From IMG/VR virus record IMGVR_UViG_3300028610_000547, positions 1 to 25,482 of that record: a stretch of DNA of 25,482 nucleotides. One strand, 5' to 3'. The stretch comes from a virus. Its lineage: Duplodnaviria > Caudoviricetes. Below, piece after piece: positions 8,803 through 16,611 of this stretch. The notes beneath the pieces are model-generated. The model was given only the letters and a program-made list of their open reading frames with translations, was not told the origin of the DNA and searched no databases. Positions within the stretch are counted from its first letter, which is position 1. Every line of letters begins with the position of its first letter. Position numbers and translations under genes: made by a program.

Positions 8803-8874
8803 CTAGGTTCCTTCTTTACAAGGAGACTGCGAGCTGCAGTTGTCCCCTTTTTGTGGTACATAAAAGGACATAGG

Positions 8875-9552
8875 ATGCCAGATAAGCCTGTAGATACCCC
8901 TCCTGTTGATAAGGAGGCTCTAGCCGAAAAAGTAAAAAAAGATCCTAAGTCTAAAAAATGGAATAACCCAAATAGCCGTAGAAACCTGCTACAGTACCAA
9001 GATAAGAACCCTGCGATAGTACCAGAAGTAGTTGGAGATGCCTTCGACGCCGAGGAAGTTGACGTTGATGCCATTGTAGTAGGCCGCAAACTTAACCCTG
9101 ATCGTATACGTAAATTGATGCCTCAGCGGGGAGTACTAACAGCCGCGGAGAATAAGCGGTATGTGGGGGTAGTACAACAGTTCTTAGGTGATTTCAAAAA
9201 TGAAGAGCCCACCGCAGCTGATATAGATGATATCTTTGAAATTGCGGAAGCTGATATCATGAAAACACGACTGCTCAAAGCTGCTAAAGATAGCCCGGAT
9301 GCTATCGTAAACATTCAACAGGCAATAGAACGAATTAATAAAAGAAAGCAGACTTCTAAAGAAAACCTATCCAACCGACGCGTTGACAGAAAAGACGCTA
9401 GGTCATCGCAGGACATCAACATCGTTGATCTTATTGTTCGCTATGATTTAGAGCAAAAGAGAAAGGACGAAGAGCGCGTTGCTGCCCTGCTCTCCGAAGA
9501 AGAAGCTGCCGATCGGCAACTTAAGGAGGTCCTGGAAAAGGACGGATACTAA
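8875..9552 (+). CDS. putative terminase small subunit
   Basis: helical charged protein directly upstream of TerL; ATG 8875 has AAGGA upstream; function from position only. Confidence 0.55.
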   Translation: MPDKPVDTPPVDKEALAEKVKKDPKSKKWNNPNSRRNLLQYQDKNPAIVPEVVGDAFDAEEVDVDAIVVGRKLNPDRIRKLMPQRGVLTAAENKRYVGVVQQFLGDFKNEEPTAADIDDIFEIAEADIMKTRLLKAAKDSPDAIVNIQQAIERINKRKQTSKENLSNRRVDRKDARSSQDINIVDLIVRYDLEQKRKDEERVAALLSEEEAADRQLKEVLEKDGY

Positions 9553-9554
9553 AC

Positions 9555-11411
9555 TTGCAGAGCCTGCTTGATGATCCTGATTTTATAAATAGATCCGAAG
9601 AACTCTTAGAGTTCTATCGACAATATCCTGAAATCGCAGCCTTCGACCTTTTGAGAGTAGAATTAAGTCCAATTCAAAAGGTAGTCTTGAGGTCTATGTG
9701 GTTTCGGGACTATGTTATTGCGATCATGTGCCGTGGTTCTGGTAAGACTTTTCTCAACGCGGTCTTTGCTTGCCTGAAAGCTATGTTATATCCAGGCCAT
9801 CGAGTGGGGCTTCTGGCGCCGACTTTTCGTCAGAGTAAGTTCGTATTTGACGAATGTAGTAGAATCTATCAGCGGTCTCCGATTATGCGCGACGCGTGCG
9901 AACGTAAGCCCACTAACCAGTCTGATAATTGCTATATCAAATTTAAGGCCACTGGAACTAAAAACCCCTCCATGATTCAAGCCATCCCACTCGGAGATGG
10001 TACCAAGATCAGAGGTTCGCGTTTCTACACCATCCTCTGCGACGAATTCCCGCACATTCCTGAAGAGATCTTCAATATGGTCATCCGTCCTATGGCAGCT
10101 ACTGTAGCTGAGCCCATGGAGAATGTTCGGAAACTGGCCCGGCAGAAGGAGATGTTATCTAAGGGACTTATCACCCAAGAAGAGATAGACAAAGATACAG
10201 TTACTAACCAAATTATTATCACCTCATCTGGTTACTTCACGTTTAACCACATGTACAAGTTATATTGTGCTTACAAAGACGAAATGGAAAAGGGTAATGA
10301 TAAATATGCGGTATATCGAGTTCCGTATAATTTGCTACCCGACGGTTTTTTGGATCAGAAATCTATCGAAGCTGCCCAGAGAGAAATGTCTAGTCTTGAG
10401 TTCCGAATGGAGTATGAGGCAGCATTCATTCCTGATACAGATGCGTTCTACAAAGCTTCACTTTTAGAGGCATGTTCTAACACCGGCTTCTCTACACGGG
10501 TTGCGGGAGAGTACGAAAAGTCTTATTGTTTAGGTATAGATCCTGCTAGAAGCGAAGATTCTTTTGCTATCTGCGTCGCAGAACTAGGTGTACCCTCTAA
10601 GATCGTTCATGCTGTCGAAATTCAAAAGATGCCTTTCCCTCAGATGTCAGAACTTATCGAAGACCTCTGTGATGCTTTTAACGTACAATCAATATACATG
10701 GATGCGGGGGGCGGCGGATTAGCTATCAAAGACATCTTGGCTGAAAACAATCGCGCTCACCGAGCCGGAGCAATCCTGGACCCCAATGATGAAGTCCACC
10801 AGGCTAAGTCTGGAAGGCACATTCTTACGATGTGTAATTTTGGAACTGACTTCATTTCAGAGTCTAATTTTGCTGCCTTACGCCTGCTTGAGCATCGAGA
10901 TCTGCTTTTTCCGAGCATCCCTCGGAACGAAGATCCAACCCCTGCCCAGGAACAAGGTTGGCAGACGATTCAGATAATGAAGCAGCAGATGCAGATGATT
11001 GAGTTGAGTGAAACCCCCACCGGAAAGCAGCACTTTGATGTGCCCAAAGGAGAGGGGCACGGAAAGCAGAAGAAGGATTTGTACACCGCTTTCATGCTCG
11101 CTGCACGTTGTGTATATGATCATTTGTGGGCGGAAATGCTTCCCGAAAGTGTTATTCACCATGGTGGAGTTATACAGTCCAGAAATGTACTGCCAGGGGT
11201 TATGTCCGATGGCATGCCTGTTGGGGATATTCCGGACGCCCTCCGTGATAAATTGGAAATGGCACAAGACCCGGAAGGGTATAGACAAAGAATGTTAGCT
11301 CAAACTTTCAAAGGCAGAAAAGTGATAACCAGTTCTGCCGCAGTATTAAAACCCAAGAACAAAGGTAAGGTGCCCGGAAGAACGTCCAACAGGCCTGTAA
11401 ACAAGCAATAG
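9555..11411 (+). CDS. terL: terminase large subunit
   Basis: Q motif (LSPIQ), Walker A CRGSGKT, Walker B ILCDEF, coupling motif ITSS, RNase H-like LGIDPAR, YMDAGGGG and KKDL; TTG start uncertain. Confidence 0.93.
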   Translation: MQSLLDDPDFINRSEELLEFYRQYPEIAAFDLLRVELSPIQKVVLRSMWFRDYVIAIMCRGSGKTFLNAVFACLKAMLYPGHRVGLLAPTFRQSKFVFDECSRIYQRSPIMRDACERKPTNQSDNCYIKFKATGTKNPSMIQAIPLGDGTKIRGSRFYTILCDEFPHIPEEIFNMVIRPMAATVAEPMENVRKLARQKEMLSKGLITQEEIDKDTVTNQIIITSSGYFTFNHMYKLYCAYKDEMEKGNDKYAVYRVPYNLLPDGFLDQKSIEAAQREMSSLEFRMEYEAAFIPDTDAFYKASLLEACSNTGFSTRVAGEYEKSYCLGIDPARSEDSFAICVAELGVPSKIVHAVEIQKMPFPQMSELIEDLCDAFNVQSIYMDAGGGGLAIKDILAENNRAHRAGAILDPNDEVHQAKSGRHILTMCNFGTDFISESNFAALRLLEHRDLLFPSIPRNEDPTPAQEQGWQTIQIMKQQMQMIELSETPTGKQHFDVPKGEGHGKQKKDLYTAFMLAARCVYDHLWAEMLPESVIHHGGVIQSRNVLPGVMSDGMPVGDIPDALRDKLEMAQDPEGYRQRMLAQTFKGRKVITSSAAVLKPKNKGKVPGRTSNRPVNKQ

Positions 11412-11420
11412 GAGAGACGA

Positions 11421-13292
11421 ATGTCTAAAGAAGTAAAGGACAATATTAATGAGAATTTGGACAACTCCAAAGTTCTCTCCCACCAGGAAGTAAAGCCTGG
11501 TGTACACGAAATGGAAATAGATGTTGGCCCAAAAGGCAGACCTGCAGTTGAACTGGCTTATTTAGACCCCCAACGTGGGGATCAGAACCCTCTAAGATTC
11601 CATGAGGGTGGTAGGGTTATTACCCGAGACTTTACCCGTCGGGTAGACCTCGACCTCTTAGTTGGTAAGCCCTCGGTTACCAGGGCCAAGCCTGCGCAGA
11701 TCTTTCAGAGTGCTATTGATTTTTATAAGGCTAAGGGCCCGTACGGTACCTGGGTTGATACCCTTTCTAATTTTGCAGCCAAGGGATACAAGAATGATAT
11801 TGATGACGAAGATATCAAGCTTTTTTATGATACCTGGACGTCCGAAATTGCTTTTCAAGAGACCGTTGAGAAGATTTTCTTTGACTTCTTTAGAGTCGGA
11901 ATGGTCCGTACCTTCAAGCTTGTAGGTAAGTTTGATCCCAAGTTGAAGCCAGAAAATTTTGATGGTGCTGTAAGACGTAAGGCCCAAGCAAATCGCTTTG
12001 ACACTTCTGATCAGATGAAGAAGTTAATAGCGTATAGAGATGTTGCCGCCGCCAAAAAGATTTGGTCTAAGTCTTTTGTACCTCTTAAGTATACCCTCCT
12101 AAATCCCACACTCGTGGATATTAAAGGTTCCCTACTCTTTGACCAGACAGAAACCTTCCTAAAGCCAGAGGCTTTTAAGGAGATAGCAGCGCTGTTAAAA
12201 AACCCAGCTAAGGCTAGCCCAGAACAAAGGAAGTTTATAACTAGTCTGCCCCGAGACCTAAAAGATGCGATCAAGAAAAATAAGCCTGTTAAACTACCTC
12301 CTGAGTTGGTAGGTAAATGTGACTATCGTCGAATGGATTATGAGAGATATCCTCAGCCTAAGGCCGCGCGCATGTTTGACGATATGAATTACAAGGATGA
12401 ACTCAAGAAGGCAGACTATTCTACCTTAGATGGTATTACCAATTACATTCTTAAGATCACTATTGGTAATGACGAACACCCTGTAACCAGTCAAGCGGAG
12501 TTAGAGACAGTAGCTAGGCTGTTTGATACTGCAAGTAAGAGTTTTGATATTGTATGGAACCATACTCTTCAGGTTGAAAAGATTACTTTCCCTGAGATTT
12601 CTCAAATTTTAGGTGTTGATAAGTTTGAGCAGGTTAACGATGATCTGAGTCAGGCTATGGGAGTTACCCGAGCATTGGTAGATGGAAAACTTCAGGCTAA
12701 TGCCAAGTCCGTAGAAGCATCTCTTAAAGGTTTTGCTGAGGAAGTGAATTATGCCCGGCGCTGCGTAAAGAGATGGATAGATCATGAATATGAAGAAGTG
12801 GCTTTGGCGATGGGATTTAGTCGTTATCCCCAGGTCCGCTTCGACGAGAACGCTCTCAAGGATGAGATTATGATGATGAGCGTTATTCAGGGAATGATAG
12901 ATCGACGTATTCTGTCTTATGAGACTGGTATTGAGAAGCTGGGTATGGACTTCAGCAATGAGCTTGCTAACTTCATCCAAGAGAAGCCCTTGGTTCAAGA
13001 CGGCACCCTTGGTATTATTGGTTCGCCTTACAATCCAAAGGCTCTTCCCCCGCAGGGGCCCGTACCTACTCAGGACACCACACCTGGAGGTAAGCCTACT
13101 ACGGTTACCCAGAAGGATCTTAAGGATTTCCAGAAGAACATTACTGATCTGGTTACAAAGCAAGTTCAGAAGATTCAGAGAACCCCAGTGGGTACTCCGA
13201 GCGAGGGCCGTCCCCGAACAGGGGGTAAAGGTAAGCCTCGTCAGAAGTCCACAAAACCAAACACTAAGCCACGCCAGCCTAACAATAGTTAG
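11421..13292 (+). CDS. portal protein
   Basis: 623 aa immediately after TerL; helical core, I..LSYETGIEKLG near the C-terminus, Pro/Lys-rich tail with GRP. Confidence 0.8.
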   Translation: MSKEVKDNINENLDNSKVLSHQEVKPGVHEMEIDVGPKGRPAVELAYLDPQRGDQNPLRFHEGGRVITRDFTRRVDLDLLVGKPSVTRAKPAQIFQSAIDFYKAKGPYGTWVDTLSNFAAKGYKNDIDDEDIKLFYDTWTSEIAFQETVEKIFFDFFRVGMVRTFKLVGKFDPKLKPENFDGAVRRKAQANRFDTSDQMKKLIAYRDVAAAKKIWSKSFVPLKYTLLNPTLVDIKGSLLFDQTETFLKPEAFKEIAALLKNPAKASPEQRKFITSLPRDLKDAIKKNKPVKLPPELVGKCDYRRMDYERYPQPKAARMFDDMNYKDELKKADYSTLDGITNYILKITIGNDEHPVTSQAELETVARLFDTASKSFDIVWNHTLQVEKITFPEISQILGVDKFEQVNDDLSQAMGVTRALVDGKLQANAKSVEASLKGFAEEVNYARRCVKRWIDHEYEEVALAMGFSRYPQVRFDENALKDEIMMMSVIQGMIDRRILSYETGIEKLGMDFSNELANFIQEKPLVQDGTLGIIGSPYNPKALPPQGPVPTQDTTPGGKPTTVTQKDLKDFQKNITDLVTKQVQKIQRTPVGTPSEGRPRTGGKGKPRQKSTKPNTKPRQPNNS

Positions 13293-13324
13293 GATAAAAT
13301 CTGCGTAGGAGGTATAGAAATACC

Positions 13325-15676
13325 ATGACTGAAAAGAACGTAGACAAGAACGTTGACGTCCAGAGCTTTCTCGAAGAGTTGAGAGGGTTAGCTGTGGTCG
13401 TAGGCGAAGATTGTCCAGAAGGGCATCGCAAAGATCCGGGCAGCGGACGATGCTTGCCGATTGGACCTACCGACCATACCGCATTTACACGAAGTCTAAA
13501 CGTTGACTATGGTCCGGAGTGGAGGGGTGAAGTTGATAAGACTAATACCACCTTTGCCAGTTCGCAAGAGACAGCGGTTGACGCAGACGATATGGATGAA
13601 CCAGAGAGTTGTGCTGAAGGCACAACTTTTTCTTTTATCCAGAGACGATGTGTTTCTCTGGAAGACGCAGACAAGGAGAATGATGACGAATTCGCCATGA
13701 CTGAAGAAGGTGAATATATTGAAGATGCGAAAAACGGCCACGAAGAGGTTATTGCCCTAGATCCAGAGGGACGTAAGGATACTGTTAACTTTGAGTGTCC
13801 TACCAATATGTTCTTTGATCGTAAGTTGAGAGAGTGTATTCCGCTGAACAAGGATACTGTATTAGCATCCACTGATTTCAGCGACGAGTTTAAGCAGGCG
13901 GTGGCTACCTTTGCTAGGCTCGCAATGACTTCTCCAGACCCAGTGGATGGCCACAAGCATGTGGCAACGCTAGATATGGAGGGTAATGGGGTTACGTCCG
14001 TAGCAGGGCACATGCACCCGCACAGTCATGAGGTCAAGAAGTTCAATGTTGTTCCCCGTACAGAGACAGCGGGAGATATCACATATACTTCCCAGCACCC
14101 TGGAGTTGCTGTACCTGAGGAACATCGTGTAGAAAAGCTTGATGATTTCGGAAGCGACGAGACCGCAGCACCGCTCAAGGGCGGTCAGAGATCTGCTCTT
14201 CCCGATAGCGCCTTTGGCGTCCCCGGAAAGAGGAAGTTTCCTCTAGACACCTGCGCCCGCGTACGCAACGCGATGGCCCGCTTTAACCAAGGTAAGGGAC
14301 TAACCTCTGGTGAGAAGGCAACTCTTCGCCGGAAGATTATGGCCCGAGCTAAGGCTTGTAGCATAGAAGTTCAAAACTTTGGCAAGGCAGACACTGTTGA
14401 AGAGTTTGCCGCCGTGGTACAGGAGCTAATCACAATGGATAATAAGACAACTGAAGATAGAATTGAGACCTACCGGGCAGAAGCTCAGGGTCAAGGCCCC
14501 TGCCCTCCCGGTATGAATTGGGATTCCGCAGCCCTACGCTGCACTAAGGTTTCCGGATTTGTCAAAGAGATCGCAGCAAATGGACATGAGGATATCGTTG
14601 CGTTGCAGCCAGATGGGCGCAGAGACACAGTTGGGTTCAATTGCCCTTCAGGTTGGTTCTTTGATTTTACCAACCGGCGCTGCCTTCCGCTAGACCCTTC
14701 CCAAAAGCCGGGGTCTACCACGGATAAGGCTGCTGAACGAGACCTAACCGCTCAGCCTGAAGGACGCCCTGTTCGACTTCCTATTGACTGTCCTGCGGGC
14801 ACGATTTGGAATAAGGACAGAAACGTGTGCATTCCTCTAGACAGCAGCAAGAAGACTAAGTCTGCTGAAGAAGAGGAAGCTGCCCTACCAGACTTCATCA
14901 AGAAGATTCAGGAGAAGAAGAAGAACGGTAAGGACGGCGACGACAAGAATGGTAAGAAGAAGAAGGGATTCGTACCGTTTACCAAGAAGAGCAAGTCTGA
15001 AGAAGAAGATGGCGCCGTGCACCCTGGCACGACCACCACAAATGGCCCTGGCAACAAGGGAGGCCCCGGCTGTCCTGAAGGCCAGTTCATGAATCCCGTC
15101 ACTAAGAAGTGCATGCCTGGAAAGGGTGCCTTTAAGGGTAAGAGTACGCAGGAAGATGCAGATGCCAAGCCTCAGAATAGAGAAGGATTAACTCCTCCTC
15201 CTGCAGGGAAGGTACAGCACCCTACGGACTGCCCGCCCAATACTGCTTGGGACGCTAAGAGTAAGGTTTGCCGACCAATTGACTCTATGGACAAGGATCG
15301 ACCTTCCGGCGCAAGCCCTCAGAATCCTAAGTCCGTAGCGGATGAGCTTACAACTGCTCAGATCATTCAGGTCCTCGATGATATCATCAAGGGACTCGGC
15401 GAGCAGGAGAAGAGCAAGGTTCTTGCAAAGGAACTACCTAACGCGGCTTTCCCGCCTTCTCTAGTAAGTGACAGTCACCGTAGCCTCATGCATCACAAGT
15501 CGGATGTTGTAGATCCGTACGACACTGCTTCTGTAGATGTAGCTAGACTACGAAATTCTCTGTTCCGCGCAACCGCAGTCAAGGAATTCTCTGACAAAGC
15601 GATTGAGGACGGCATCGACCATCTTCTATTCCACGCCCGCGAAATCGTGGCGGAGAGAATTGAAAAAAAATCCTAA
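13325..15676 (+). CDS. modular Cys-repeat head-associated protein (783 aa; about 943 aa if the -1 frameshift is used)
   Basis: AGGAGG RBS; eight C-x12-C repeats, a His-rich module, an LPDSAFGVPGKRKFPL module (DUF6582-like from memory); lies between portal and protease. Confidence 0.8.
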   Translation: MTEKNVDKNVDVQSFLEELRGLAVVVGEDCPEGHRKDPGSGRCLPIGPTDHTAFTRSLNVDYGPEWRGEVDKTNTTFASSQETAVDADDMDEPESCAEGTTFSFIQRRCVSLEDADKENDDEFAMTEEGEYIEDAKNGHEEVIALDPEGRKDTVNFECPTNMFFDRKLRECIPLNKDTVLASTDFSDEFKQAVATFARLAMTSPDPVDGHKHVATLDMEGNGVTSVAGHMHPHSHEVKKFNVVPRTETAGDITYTSQHPGVAVPEEHRVEKLDDFGSDETAAPLKGGQRSALPDSAFGVPGKRKFPLDTCARVRNAMARFNQGKGLTSGEKATLRRKIMARAKACSIEVQNFGKADTVEEFAAVVQELITMDNKTTEDRIETYRAEAQGQGPCPPGMNWDSAALRCTKVSGFVKEIAANGHEDIVALQPDGRRDTVGFNCPSGWFFDFTNRRCLPLDPSQKPGSTTDKAAERDLTAQPEGRPVRLPIDCPAGTIWNKDRNVCIPLDSSKKTKSAEEEEAALPDFIKKIQEKKKNGKDGDDKNGKKKKGFVPFTKKSKSEEEDGAVHPGTTTTNGPGNKGGPGCPEGQFMNPVTKKCMPGKGAFKGKSTQEDADAKPQNREGLTPPPAGKVQHPTDCPPNTAWDAKSKVCRPIDSMDKDRPSGASPQNPKSVADELTTAQIIQVLDDIIKGLGEQEKSKVLAKELPNAAFPPSLVSDSHRSLMHHKSDVVDPYDTASVDVARLRNSLFRATAVKEFSDKAIEDGIDHLLFHAREIVAERIEKKS

Positions 15677-15728
15677 GCGGATGGACTGAAGAAGGTCAGA
15701 TAACTAATCCAGAGGAGTTTCATCCGCT
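15652..15728 (+). other. candidate -1 programmed ribosomal frameshift signal 1
   Basis: GGAG 15652-15655, heptamer A AAA AAA 15664-15670, 5-nt spacer, stem AGCGGATG (15676-15683) / CATCCGCT (15721-15728). Confidence 0.75.
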
Positions 15729-16155
15729 GTGCCAACCCCAGGAAGTCTTTGATCCTAAGTCTGGATCATGTATTCCCCTCGTTAATGTTGAGGGGGCTGA
15801 CCCCGTTGGTACATTGGAATGCCCCGATGGGTGGGTATTAGATGAAGAACTCAATATGTGCGTCCCTGCGAGTGCTATAGACCAGGCCTCCCATAACGGC
15901 ACTGATTTTACAGGCAGATTATCAGATGTGCCTAAAGAGTTGAGGCCTAAGAAGCCAAAAAAGAAGAAGCGGATCACAGCCACCGATCTGCTCAGAGAGA
16001 TTAATGAGAATGCAGCACCATTCAAACCAACAGATAAGATGGAACGTTGTATTCAAGATGTTAAATCTCGTTTGAGAAAGAGTAAGAAAACCTTTAAAGA
16101 CCAAAGCATTAAGAGTGCCGCGATAGCTATATGTAGATCACGACTAAAGCAATAA
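15670..16155 (+). CDS. -1 frame extension of the Cys-repeat protein (includes listed ORF 15814..16155)
   Basis: open from the slippery site; encodes CQPQEVFDPKSGSCIPL and CPDGWVLDEELNMCVPA; no ATG/GTG/TTG before 15814. Confidence 0.78.
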   Translation: MLSGWTEEGQITNPEEFHPLCQPQEVFDPKSGSCIPLVNVEGADPVGTLECPDGWVLDEELNMCVPASAIDQASHNGTDFTGRLSDVPKELRPKKPKKKKRITATDLLREINENAAPFKPTDKMERCIQDVKSRLRKSKKTFKDQSIKSAAIAICRSRLKQ

Positions 16156-16171
16156 GGGGAGGCTAAGGCCA

Positions 16172-16420
16172 ATGTGGGATTTCCTACAGCTAGTGTTCAA
16201 AGATTATGGCCTGCTGGCTCTTATTGAAGTAGTAGAAGTGGTCGTTATCGTGTATCTGTTTCGTTTGAATCAAAAGAAGCAGGATGAAATAGTTAAGCTC
16301 TACGAAAAAAGAGTTGAAGATGTTTCTGAGAGTAAGGAAGATTATGAAGAATTGGCTCACAAGCTTGACCAATCAATTGATCTTCTCATCAAGGTTTTTA
16401 GAAAGAACAATGGGGGATAG
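16172..16420 (+). CDS. small single-TM membrane protein, BhlA/UviB holin-like architecture
   Basis: GGAGG RBS; N-terminal TM segment followed by a charged coiled coil. Confidence 0.55.
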   Translation: MWDFLQLVFKDYGLLALIEVVEVVVIVYLFRLNQKKQDEIVKLYEKRVEDVSESKEDYEELAHKLDQSIDLLIKVFRKNNGG

Positions 16421-16427
16421 AAATCCA

Positions 16428-16601
16428 ATGCAAAACATCGAAACGATGGAAGCCCAAGTAGTAGAGCTTAAGCAGGAACAGAAGGCCTGCAAAGTAAAAA
16501 CTTTGAAGAATTTAGATAAGTTGTATAAGTTACTAAACGACAGTGATAAAAACTCAGAAGAGAAAGCAGTGGCAGTACCAGAACCCACTGCTCTAGTTTA
16601 G
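16428..16601 (+). CDS. small coiled-coil hypothetical protein
   Basis: GGGGGA upstream of ATG 16428; fills the gap before the protease; start uncertain. Confidence 0.55.
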   Translation: MQNIETMEAQVVELKQEQKACKVKTLKNLDKLYKLLNDSDKNSEEKAVAVPEPTALV

Positions 16602-16611
16602 GAGGAGAATA

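Noticed and set aside
8934-8948. In-phase A AAA AAA heptamer early in the putative TerS gene
   Set aside because: The -1 frame stops after two codons (AGA TCC TAA) and no stimulator is evident; it does show such heptamers can arise by chance
9555-11411. Intein or intron in TerL (also checked thyA and MCP)
   Set aside because: Frames are continuous, lengths are normal, and no intein C-terminal HN-C/S/T junction or LAGLIDADG motif was seen
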